NCBI GenBank assembly: GCA_002269645.1
Contig: NIVC01001037.1
Location: forward strand, 124,001 to 188,000
Source of the DNA: Macrostomum lignano
Lineage: Eukaryota
Length of the DNA stretch: 64,000 nucleotides
Direction: 5' to 3'
A program made the translations under genes and the position numbers. Under the pieces are notes generated by a model that did no database searches, was not told the origin of the DNA, and saw only the letters and a program-made list of their open reading frames with translations. Positions within the stretch are counted from its first letter, which is position 1. The number at the start of each line of letters is the position of its first letter. Below are positions 1 through 12,700 of this stretch, piece by piece.

Positions 1-1797
1 TAATTTTAATTGGCTTATATTATAGTTGCACTGTTAACATAGGACTTATACTTCTAAAAAGAACAAAATGTTATTGATTAAGTGATAGTTTAAGCAATAT
101 TCAACGAAGTCTAAGATTAGACTTTAGACATAGGCCTAGGAAATCATGATTATGTGCATAGGCTTTTGTGAGTTTTTTAGGTTATTATATTTTTACATAT
201 ATAGTAGGGCCTACAATTTTTTTCAATTTAAAAGCAGAGGCATATCAATAGAGCCTAGCTATATTTTGAATTTATTTAGTTTTAAAATATTTTTAAATTA
301 AAAATGCAGCTCTTTGTCATAGGCCTAGAACATATGGCATTTGTAGGCTGCATCTTTTTATCTTAAGATTTATATGGGTGTGGATCTAGAATAGGGGACA
401 TCAATCACTAAGGTAGGGCCTACATTGTACACGTAATGTATTATGTATATAATATTTATAGGCTTATGCTTTTGCTTATATACTATTTATTTTAGGGCCT
501 ACAGGCTACAACCTACAAAAATGTGCACAGGCTAGGCCTAAGCTGTAAACAGGTGCCAGATCAAGTTCAGTACAGGTACAGAAATCTAATAATTTTATAT
601 ATTTACCTCCATAAAAGACGACGACGAGTCACTTATTGTGTGGTTATCTTTAGAATTTTTGTCACCCGTACCATTCATACGACTAAATGGAAGCATATCG
701 ACTTCTCGAGCAGATAATATTGCTCAAGAATTATTATTACAAAGTTATTGCCGTATCTATTATTAAAAAGTATTGGAATGACAGCAAGAAAAACGATTAC
801 TTAATTAAAGAAAGAGAAAACAGACTTGAAGAATCATTTAGAGAGGCTTATTATCTCAAAACAAAATATTTCTCTAGACTTAGTGGATCAGCCAAGACTT
901 AAGATTTTCTGAACACTTTGACTCAAGGGCACGCCAGTACATATACATTACACACTAGAAACGTGTGAAAATTTCTCGCATGCGGTCACAATTCCCCAAG
1001 TTAAATTTACTTCGCAGCTGTGTTCACGTGGTATAACAAGCATATTTTGTGTGAATTGCTTAAAACCAATAAAATCAGCTTTATGAAAACTGTATGTAAG
1101 AAATCAGCAGATTAGTATAAAATGCGATTGATATTAAAGCATCAAAGACTTGCAAAGAAAAAATCGCATTTACGTAACTTTGAGGAATTGTGATATCGTG
1201 GGGCTACATTATCGGTTTGTGGAGCAGCACGATACCTTCCAAATTCGTAAAAAATATTATTTTGATGCATTCTATTGTTCTATACAACACAGAGATGATC
1301 ACAAAGGTCAAGTACAGCTATCTAAACGTATAATTCTTCAGTGAATTTAGGGCGACCGATTAGCCAGATGGTCTTCCAATTCAATAACAGCAATTCTGAG
1401 ATCAGAACACATAGTTTCAGAGTAGTACCTTCTTTTATCTAATAAGTCCTTGTTTGTGCTACAAACGTTATAATATCACACATACAAGTATACGAGCTAC
1501 ATGTACAAACGTATGTACATGTACATGTGTTCAATTAATATAGAAGTAAATTTATACAATTCAATTCATTATTTTAGTGTTAGTTAATTTATAAAATGAT
1601 TTTTTAAAATAACATAACAGATAATAATAGGGTAAAAATTTTTCACGGAAGTTGAAAATGGAGTAGATGAGATGTCAGTGACCGCTATAATTATCTTCAG
1701 CTGCAGGGGCAAATGCATTTTCCAGCCGATGAGGAGCCGCGCTGCCTGGATACGCCCAGCTAGCCTGGCGTCGGTATGAGTGTGCTGCTAAAATGAG

Positions 1798-2574
1798 CAG
1801 TGTTGGGCACCAGTCCGTTAATAAGCGTTAAAGCGTTAAGATTTTTCATTAACGCTAACGGACTGCCGTTAAGCTTTTTTTGAACTAACGGATTGTTAAC
1901 GAATTTGCGTTAATAATTTTGTGAGTTACCGAAAAATTCATCGTTAACGTTAATGGCAATGTCAAATGACCAAAGACGCAAAGAAAGACCAAAATTTAAG
2001 TCTGAAGAGAAGCCAACCGGATGGATTTGAATTTACCTAAATGCACTAAATGAACTTAAATGAACTTTATTACTTGTGCGTGAGCATGGATCACTTTTAT
2101 TCACTTCTTTCCCAATCTTTATTCGTAACTTTCTGCTGCGCCTGCTAATGCTACTGAAACAACCTTCGTATTCGTATTATATTATTCACTATTTATATTA
2201 GCTTTCCAATTTCAAATAAATAAGTTAATTCTTTTACCGTATGCTTACTTTTAGTAGTATTATGTATACAAGTTTTTAAAATATATTATTTAATACTTTT
2301 TAGCTTGTAAATCGGTTAGATGACCTTTGTGTTTCGCTAAAAGGTGGAAAAGCAAAGACAGTGCATTGTGGAAGTCTGTTTAGAAAAAAAGTGCAAGATT
2401 TCTGTAATTTCTGTGTTAACATTAACGGATTAACGTACGCTTATTAACGACTGTCGGTTAATTTTCAGTTAACTTAACGAAATTAAATAAGAGTTAATAA
2501 GTTAAGATTTTCTTGTTTTAACGTTTACGCTTTTGCCATTAAGTTAAGATTTTCATTAACGGTGCCTAACAGTG
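1798..2574. mobile_element. hAT-superfamily non-autonomous DNA transposon (MITE), 777 bp
   Basis: Imperfect 14-bp TIRs: CAGTGTTGGGCACC at 1798-1811 vs GGTGCCTAACAGTG at 2561-2574 (12/14 match). Identical 8-bp flanking duplication AAAATGAG at 1790-1797 and 2575-2582. Subterminal CGTTAA/TTAACG motifs cluster at both ends. 8-bp TSD and CAG...TG ends are hAT hallmarks. No ORF. Confidence 0.85.
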
Positions 2575-3760
2575 AAAATGAGCAATTTTTTTAGCGTGAA
2601 CTTCACGTTCAATTTAGCTTGTATATGCACATGTGATTAGTAGGACAAATTTCGGCTGGTTTTTGTTAGTACAAACTGTATATTTGTGTCAAGAAAACAA
2701 CGGATCGGTAATTTTTTATATAGAATTTAAAGTCAGGGACAAATATTTTGTACAATATTGTGTTTGCCTCGAAAGAGAGCCATGCATGCCGTGTGAAATC
2801 TACATGTGAAATCTACAGTCTAGATGGGCTTTCTTTTGAATCTGACTGCAGATAGGGATATTGACTGTACATACATGTATGCATTATGCTTGTGCCCCCA
2901 GTGCATGTACAGTATATGGCGGACATAAATGCTGACAAATAGTGGACTTTTTACAAGTATTTGCATGCGTGAATCCTTCTACAATCGTGTATATGCTATA
3001 AACATCGAAATTACGCGTAGATTAAAAAATAGAATGTAATTGCATTAGCCAAGTAAGTACATTTTAGCTTAAATTCTCGTATGTTGGGCATTAATATGAA
3101 TTTTTCTACGAATGAGAAGTGTGCAGTCGGTGGCCATGCACGCTTGCAACTACATGTACATCTACATGCACTTGCACTCAGAAGCGAGAGCAATTATATC
3201 GCATGCATTGACGTACCGAGCTAAAATTAACATATTTCAGCAGGGCTCGTACAGTGTAAAGATAAACAAAATGTCACGGTACGTGAGTTACCTCGAAGCT
3301 TTACACAATTGAAGCCTGCATTAAAGCATAGAGTGAGAGGACGAGTGTGCTCAATATGCTCCGAATCAAGACAACTTCGGTTGAGACGAGAAAAAAGACA
3401 GAGAAAGGTGAGCGAGCTGTGGCGAGGAAAGTGCTGTACAGAGCTTTGCGGCAAACAGAAATGTTGCATTGGACAGCGCCATATCCAACGTGCACTCCGA
3501 GCACACGGCTTAAATTCCTGGGCCATTGCAACGAAGAGAAGCTGAGAGTCTCCACTACTTCGTGGGCGGTTTCAAGCAGCTTTTTGACAATACCAACTCA
3601 GCCACTTGACATCCCTGTCCACGAAACCTACCTACCATTTATCTTGCAAAATGGCGGAGGTAAGCAGCTGTTACTGACATGTGTTTACGTCAAATTGACT
3701 CATTACAGCTTGTATGAAACCTTCCAACCGCCACCTATATCCTCCACTTTACAGTCATCG

Positions 3761-6700
3761 ATGCCGAAACGAAGTGAAGACGACTGCGACATGGTCACCA
3801 GCCTGCAAGAGCCGTTTTGTGAGTCGTTTTTTTATTATTAATTCATTTAAAATTCATTGTTGTGTAGTGTAGTTTAAGTTTACTTGGCGTTACTCCTACT
3901 ATGCGGGGTTCTATTGTAATTTCAGTGGTTTCTGCCCTGTTTTAGTGGTTTGGTCTTTCGTGTTGCAGTGCTTTCTATCATGTTGCAAGGATTTCTGTCG
4001 TGTTGCAGTGGTTTCTGTCGTGTTGCAATGCTTTCAGTCGTGTTGCTATGGTTTCTGTCGTGTTGCTATGGTTTCTGTCGTGTTGCAATGCTTTCTGTCG
4101 TGTTGCAATGCTTTCAGTCGTGTTGCTATGGTTTCTGTCGTGTTGCAATGCTTTCTGTCGTGTTGCAATGCTTTCAGTCGTGTTGCAGTGCTTTCTGTCG
4201 TGTTGCAATGCTTTCAGTCGTGTTGCTATGGTTTCTGTCGTGTTGCAATGCTTTCTGTCGTGTTGCAATGCTTTCAGTCGTGTTGCAGTGGTTTCTGTCG
4301 TGTTGCAATGCTTTCAGTCGTGTTGCAGTGGTTTCTGTCGTGTTGCAATGCTTTCTGTCGTGTTGCAATGCTTTCTGTCGTGTTGCTATGCTTTCTATCG
4401 TGTTGCAATGCTTTCTGTCGTGTTGCAATGCTTTCTGTCGTGTTGCAATGCTTTCTGTCGTGTTGCAGTGATTCTGTCGTGTTGCAGTGCTTTCTATCGT
4501 GTTGCAGTGATTCTGTCGTGTTGCAGTGATTTCTGTCGTGTTGCAATTTGCTTTCTGTCGTGTTGCAATGCTTTCTGTCGTGTTGCAATGCTTTCTGTCG
4601 TGTTGCAGTGGTTTCTGTCGTGTTGCAGTGCTTTCTGTCGTGTTGCAATGCTTTCTGTCGTGTTGCAATGCTTTCTGTCGTGTTGCAATTTGCTTTCTGT
4701 CGTGTTGCAATGCTTTCTGTCGTGTTGCAATGCTTTCTGTCGTGTTGCAGTGGTTTCTGTCTTTTTCAATGGCTTCTGTCGAGTTGAAAAGATTCCTGTC
4801 ATGTTGCAGCAGTTGCTGTCGCGTTTCAATGGGTTCTGTTGTGTGGCAGAGTGGGTTTTGCTGTGTTGCAGAATGGGTTGTGTGAAATGGGTTCTCTGCA
4901 TAGTTGTAATTTGTCTGCAAGCAGATTATATGTGCATTGGCAATTCTAAATTCTCAAAGAATCCAAATAAATTTGCAAAGCAATCTTTAGAAAAGACTTA
5001 CCCAATAATATCCCTGAACTATCCAGTATCCAAGGCGGAGCTCGCATTACACGAAGCCGCTCGCTCAGGCAATCGAACTCGAGTTGAGAAACTGATCAAG
5101 GTGACGGGCAAGATTGATTGCAGAAACAGTTTGGACCGCACGGCGCTGCACATGGCGGCCAGCAAGGGCCACAGGGAGATCGTCAGAATCCTCATCGAAA
5201 GCGGGAAGGCCAGCGTCGAAGTGACCGACAAGTTCGGCATGTCTCCGCTGATGTGGGCGACGTATTTCGGCCATACAGAAGTCGTCAACTTACTGTTGGA
5301 CAGATCGGCAAACATCAGACGGCGGAACAAGGTGCCAATCTTTTATCCAGAGTTTTGGTTGTACGATGCTTCGATTGTACGCTCTTCTGAAACTCCGGAT
5401 AGCGGGAAACCCTAAATCCCCATACAGGTGACAGCCTGGTAAATTCATTTGACGTAGTTTCAACCAAATTCCCATATTCAGCTTGGAATGCACGTGGTAC
5501 ACATCGCGGCCGAGCAGAACCACTACGAATTGGTGAAGATCTTCATCAACAAGACGAAGAAGACTCTGCTGAATGACACTGAAAAGGTAATGGCGGAGCA
5601 CTAATTCAACATATTTTACTCCTAATGGTAGCTTACTCGTTCCAAGTGCTCCTCAATTTTCAGAACGGCATGACGGCAGTGATGATCGCCGCTGCGAAGG
5701 GCAACGGAGAAGTTGTCCAGAGCCTCATCAGCCTGGGAGCCGACTTGAAGATTCGCGACAATGTCAGTCATACATAGGGAATGGTTCAACGATGAGTTCA
5801 ATCTTTGGGTTTTGTTGTGTTGCAGTGGGTTTTGTTGTGCTGCAGTGGGTTCTGTTGTGCTGCAGTGGGTTCTGTTGTGTTGCAGTGGGTTCTGTTGTGT
5901 TGCAGTGGGTTCTGTTGTGTTGCAGTGGGTTCTGTTGTGTTGCAGTGGGTTCTGTTGTGTTGCAATGGGTTCTGTTGTGTTGCAGTGGGTTCTGTTGTGT
6001 TGCAGTGGGTTCTGTTGTGTTGCAGTGGGTTCTGTTGTGTTGCAGTGGGTTCTGTTGTGTTGCAGTGGGTTCTGTTGTGTTGCAGTGGGTTCTGTTGTGT
6101 TGCAGTGGGTTCTGTTGTGTTGCAGTGGGTTCTGTTGTGTTGCAGTGGGTTCTGTTGTGTTGCAGTGGGTTCTGTTGTGTTGCAGTGGGTTCTGTTGTGT
6201 TGCAGTGGGTTCTGTTGTGTTGCAGTGGGTTCTGTTGTGTTGCAGTGGGTTCTGTTGTGTTGCAGTGGGTTCTGTTGTGTTGCAGTGGGTTCTGTTGTGT
6301 TGCAGTGGGTTCTGTTGTGTTGCAGTGGGTTCTGTTGTGCTGCAGTGGGTTCTGTTTTGCCGTAGTTCATACTTATTGGTGCTATAGATGTTGATTCTGT
6401 CATTTTTCCATGGGTTCTGTCATACTGCTCTATCTATTTGTGTGCTCTATCTTATTTCATTGCGTGCAGTCATGTTGCAGTGCCTTCTTCCGCGTTGACG
6501 TAGGCTTTATGGCTGGCAACATTGACATTACATTGTCTTTAAGTAGTTCGGCTTTCAGATGTATTTTTATTTAGCTGCTTCGAATCCTACTATCGCGCAA
6601 TATCCGCTAATTCATTCCGAAAACCACCGCACTCACGCAACAGCGAAAGCGGACGGTGCTTCACGTGGCGGCGGAGAGTGGCAACGAGCGGGTTCTGGAC

Positions 6701-9700
6701 AACCTCATCGCTGACGGGCCAAAAATGCGCGAACTGATCAACGAGAGGGACGATCGCGGCCGGATGCCGATTCACTACGCCGTGGAGAAGGGCTTCGCCG
6801 GCGCCGTGGAAATTCTGCTGGCTTTCGGGGCCTCCCGAACGATACCACGGATGTGAGGATCCAGGGACGGGGGTAAATAGTTAAGGGGAGTAGATAGTAA
6901 GGGAAGTAGGTAGTGAGGGGAGTAGATAGTGAGGGGAGTAGATAGCGAAGGGAGTAGATAGTGAGGGGAGTAGATAGTGGGGGAGTAGATAGTGGGTTGG
7001 AATAGATTGTGAAGGGAGTTGATAGTGGGGGAGTAGATAGTGAAGGGAGTAGATAGTGAGGGGAGTAGATAGTGGGGAGTAGATAGTGGGTTGGAATAGA
7101 TTGTGAAGGGAGTAGATAGTGAGGAGAGTAGATAGTGAGTGAGAAGATGTGAGGGGAGTAGATAGTGAAGGGAGTAGATAGTGAAAGGAGTAGATAGTGG
7201 GGGAAGTAGATAGTGGGGGAGTAGATAGTGAGGGAGAGTAAATAGTGAGGGGAGTAGATAGTGAAGGGAGTAGATAGTGAGGGGAGTAGATAGTGAAGGG
7301 AGTAGATAGTGAAGGGAGTAGATAGTGAGGGGAGTAGATAGTGAAGGGAGTAGATAGTGAGGGGAGTAGATAGTGAAGGGAGTAGATAGTGAGGATAGTA
7401 GATAGTGAAGGGAGTAGATAGTGGGGGAAGTAGATAGTGGGGAAAGTAGATAGTGGGGGAGTGTTTAGTTAGGGGAGTAGCAGATAGATAGTTTAAAGTA
7501 AGACGTGACAATTATTTGATCAAACTGGTCTTTTAGTTGATTTACTACAACATAATTTAATGCCGTTCAATTTCAGTCGGAAGAAGTGGAGACTGTTGCA
7601 AATTCTGCAACCCCAATAGCAGTGCATGTATGATCTGATTGAAATGATTGCCATCAAATTTGTCACTAAACTATTTTTTTAAATTGGCTTCACTTTAAAA
7701 GTTTTTAACAAAAAACAATTTGTGAATCTGTTATTGAAATAATCACGCTCTCGACTTTGTTTGCGTTGCTATAACAACAAGTAAACATTTTGAATTGATT
7801 TTGCAGTATTTTCGGGATCTAGAACTCACTGGCGCAATCTGTTGGTAGATCTAGAACTCGCTGGTGCAATCTGTTGGTAGATCTAGAACTCGCTGGTGCA
7901 ATCTGTTGGTAGATCTAGAACTCGCTGGCGAGTTCTTAGTAGCCCTAGAAATCATTGCGGAAGAATTTCTCGCGTGTAGATCTAAGAATCACTCTCGATA
8001 ACTTGCCCAATTCCATCAACAAAGTCAGGAACCACAGGTGGGACTTACATGGCTTACATAGGACTAACAAAGAAATTTAGTCATGTTTTTTCTTGACTTC
8101 CCGCCCACGCTCAGAGCGTGTTCAATTCCAACATGCTAAATTCCATTTCAAGCAAAGCCAACCCGATCTCGCCCATCCAGCCGGAGATGTCACCTTTCCT
8201 GCTGGCCGCCCGCGAGAAGAAGCCGAACGAAGACGAACAGCCAGCCGAGGCGTTCGCCGACGGCGCAGCTCCGGGCGAAGGCGGCAAGCCGCGACCGCAG
8301 CACGGAGAGATTTTGCGACGTCTGGTGCAGGCGGGGACGGACATTGACGCTGTCAACAGCGTAAGCCTGCTGGATGAAGAGGATACAGTGTGTAGACAGT
8401 GTAGCTGAGGTGATGCTTTGACAGTGTAGCTGAGGTGATGCTTTGACAGTGTAGCTGAGGTGATGCTTTGACAGTGTAGCTGAGGTGATGCTTTGACAGT
8501 GTAGCTGAGGTGATGCTTTGACAGTGTAGCTGAGGTGATGCTTTGACAGTGTAGCTGAGGTGATGCTTTGACAGTGTAGCTGAGGTGATGCTTTGACAGT
8601 GTAGCTGAGGTGATGCTTTGACAGTGTAGCTGAGGTGATGCTTTGACAGTGTAGCTGAGGTGATGCTTTGACAGTGTAGCTGAGATGATGCTTTGACAGT
8701 GTAGCTGAGGTGATGCTTTGACAGTGTAGCTGAGGTGATGCTTTGACAGTGTAGCTGAGGTGATGCTTTGACAGTGTAGCTGAGGTGATGCTTTGACAGT
8801 GTAGCTGAGGTGATGCTTTGACAGTGTAGCTGAGGTGATGCTTTGACAGTGTAGCTGAGGTGATGCTTTGACAGTGTAGCTGAGGTGATGCTTTGACAGT
8901 GTAGCTGAGGTGATGCTTTGACAGTGTAGCTGAGGTGATGCTTTGACAGTGTAGCTGAGGTGATGCTTTGAGAGTGTAGCTGAGGTGATGCTTTGACAGT
9001 GTAGCTGAGGTGATGCTTTGACAGTGTAGCTGAGGTGATGCTTTGACAGTGTAGCTGAGGTGATGCTTTGACAGTGTAGCTGAGGTGATGCTTTGACAGT
9101 GTAGCTGAGGTGATGCTTTGACAGTGTAGCTGAGGTGATGCTTTGACAGTGTAGCTGAGGTGATGCTTTGACAGTGTAGCTGAGGTCACCTGATGCTTTG
9201 GCCTTTGACAGTGTAGCTGAGGTCAGCGGAATGGGCATAGCTGCTTGCCGCGGGTTGTCTTAAATAATTGGCAGTGACCAATGCCCCCATGCAAATACCT
9301 TATGAAGGTGTATCAGCCAGCATATGAATGAAATCTGAGCTCCCAGTACCAAGTTTTTATTATCAATTGCCTTATGCCGCACGCAGAATGGCTACACCGC
9401 CCTGCACTACGCCGCATTGAACGACGATGCCAACGCAGTGTACACCCTGGTGCACTTCGGCTGCGATATTTCTGCTAAGAATAATGTGAGCTCTAATTGC
9501 AACAGACTCATGGCTACTCAATCCTCAGAAGACCCATGGCTACTCAATCCTCAGACCCATGGCTACTCAATCCTCAGACCCATGGCTACTCAATCCTCAG
9601 ACCCATGGCTACTCAATCCTCAGGCCCATGGCTACTCAACCCTCAGACCCATGGCTACTCAATCCTCAGACCCATGGCTACTCAATCCTCAGGCCCATGG

Positions 9701-12700
9701 CTACTCAACCCTCAGACCCATGGCTACTCAATCCTCAGACCCATGGCTACTCAATCCTCTCAGGCCCATGGCTACTCAACCCTCAGACCCATGGCTACTC
9801 AATCCTCAGACCCATGGCTACTCAATCCTCAGACCATATGGCTACTCAACCCTCAGACCCATGGCTACTCAATCCTCAGACCCATGGCTACTCAATCCTC
9901 AGACCCATGGCTACTCAATCCTCAGACCCATGGCTACTCAATCCTCAGACCATATGGCTACTCAATCTACTCCCCCTAACTCCCGCACTCTCAACCGTTT
10001 CAGCGCATGCAAACTCCGCTCCACATGGCAGCTGAGCAGAACAGACTCCGAGCTGCTGAGGCTCTGCTCCTCAGCGGAGCGCCGTTAAACATTGCCGACA
10101 AGGTAACCGAAATGCCTCTCGCATGCTGCATTAACCATCTGAATTCTGTCTGACTGACTCGCTGTCACCTCTTGTCAACACATTGCAGACAGGCAAGACG
10201 CCGCTGGTTTTGGCCACCCAAGGCGGCTGCATCTGCATCGTGGACATGATCATCAAGGCTGAGCGGCATCGCGAGAAAGTTCAACGGGTTCTAAAAAATG
10301 TCAGTAAATCATTGCAGCTTAGTTTTCCCATTAATTTGCTGCCTCTCCAACGGGAACCAAAGCAGAAGGACGCTGTCACGAGATAGAAGAGATTGATACA
10401 ACAGAAATTTTGCCCCGGAACTTTGCTTGCTTGCTTGCAAGTCTCCAGTAGCATTTCATGGAAAATTAGCTTGATAAACTTGCGATTCAACCTCAGAAAA
10501 AAGAAATACTTGTTTATTAATGTTAAAATGGAGTTGCTAAGATTTGAAAGCTCAAGGGAAAATTCTCGAGTGGAAAAAAGTCAAGGGAGTTTAAGTGCAA
10601 CCGATGTCAACTTTTGTCCAAAGTGTTCCCCAAATGTCCGTAAGTTATAAAAACCAACAGAGCAAAATAACAGGCCAGTACACTTGTCGCGTACAGCCAG
10701 CCTTTAAAGATTTCCCAAGAAACAAGGAGCTCCATCCTTCTAAAGTTGGTCCTTGCTCATTGTTAGAATCGCACGCAACCTCAAGCTGCTACTCTTCTGC
10801 ACCAACCAGGAGCCAAATCAGTGGGATTCGGCAGCACAGGCCGATCAACTGGACGCTGCTGCCGCTTTCACTCCTGACGGCTACGAGAACCGCAGCAACA
10901 TCAACGAGTCTGAGAACATCGACGACGAGCTTACGGAGAGCTTCATCTTGGAGAACGGCACCGCTCCGGCCTACCGCCTGCGCGAGTTCAACCAGCCGTA
11001 CGCCGATGAGTTCAAGTTGTTCCTCTGGAAGCTGGCCTTCGATCACCTGCGCTACGGAGAGTGGAAGAAGCTGGCGCTGTTCTGGCGCTTCCGGCTTGAC
11101 CACATCACTGCCATTGAGCAGCAGTACTCAGGTGCGGATTCTGATCAAAAGGAATGTAGTAGAAGCAGAGCTTATTTTGGTTGTAAAGACAATTTATAAA
11201 CACAGTCTACCGTTAATTCGAGCAATGCAAAGTGAAGTACAAATGCTTCTCCGGCTGCGCTATCACAGTTGAATGGGCTTCTCAACGAACTAAGGATAAC
11301 GAACAAGGCGTCCGGTCAGCGTCAGCAGATCCTGCCGGACTCAGTGGGTGGTTGGGAGGGCGGGTACGTCTACGTCAGGCTTGGGCTTCCATGTTTAAGT
11401 GAAGAAAATATCGGACTCAAAGTCAGGCCACCCCGGTAGTTAGGGATTACAGGGTAATTGGCTAGGCTGGGCACTCGAATAAACGAAAAACTGAGAGAAG
11501 AAGAAACATTCCTCTCTCACGGAAACAAGGGTGAGAGAGCCCGTACTTATATAGGCTGGGAATCCCCAATTGCGACAGTTTGCGCAAGACCGCATGACTC
11601 AGTATCTATTTTTAGAAACTGACGTCATCTCCCGCCTTAGAGAAGGCGGGGTCCCGGGGCACGTGATTCCCCGTAAACAAGTGCCAAACAGTGCAGTAAA
11701 CATATTTACTGCCCTTTTGGACTTCAAGACAACAAGGCTTGTGATGGGACTAGCTCACGTGACAAGGGCAAAACAGGCTACGACCCGTGACCTCTGAAAT
11801 GGAGCGAAGGAAGAGCAGACCACAGCAGAGAAGCCCGTGGCTGCAAACGATAGTGTAGAGCAAGGGAAGGGAGGCGGTAACAGGCAGATCAAAAGAGGAG
11901 AGGGAAGCTGCCCAGCGGCAGACAGCAACCCAGGGCGAGGGCAAGGGAAACTGCTGACAATATTGGAACGCCTAACAGCTAAGAGCTAAACTAGCGGCTT
12001 ACTACAAAAGAAAAGTGTTGTTATTTTTCTTTATGAACGCTCAACGCTTCTGACATACATGTAGCTCACAATTCTCTCGAAACCATGACGTGCATTACAC
12101 GAACGCAATGGTTGTGTAGCGTTTAGACAGACCAAGATTGTTGAGAGTTGGCACATCAGTTAATCGAGCGCGTTCTTGTCCAGAGTGCGGTTCAACCCTG
12201 CTGCAAATTTCTGTGATGTCTCTGATCAACCTCAACAATGAGCAAACGTCAACTGCTGGACATCCTCATGTAGTCTCTCATGCATTCCGTCAACAACCCG
12301 ACGCTGTGGGCACCTTTAACAGATGGCCCCAGGTAACTTATGGAGTAGCCAAAAGATGTCCATCAGCTGAGGTTTGCCCACTGTCGAGGCTTGATCAGCG
12401 AAACTAGAGAAATTTGCAAAAATGTGTCCATATAGTCACCTGGTGCCACCTGCTGAAGGTCCAGAAGCTCCGTCCAGGTGAAGGCCAATGAACAACAAAG
12501 TCAGAGTTGATGCAGGCAACGTGTGGTCGACGTGCTGATAAAATTTTGAGGCTAATTGTCTGCACTGAGGCGCAGTGCTAATTGGCGCACGGGGGTGTAC
12601 ACTGGCGCTTATGAGAAAAATTCGACCTTCTGGCAGAATCCTTGAAAACTCTAAAAACTTTGTTTATGGTACGAAGTTCACAGATCACGAGACAGAATGG

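Noticed and set aside
7577-7627. 51-nt candidate exon in the ankyrin gene
   Set aside because: It has AG/GT ends, but in the phase required by the upstream exon it contains a TAG stop, so it was left out of the model.
12130-12560. Nested minus-strand gene in the ankyrin intron
   Set aside because: Splice-like boundaries exist, but no frame gives a recognisable protein and two frames contain stops.
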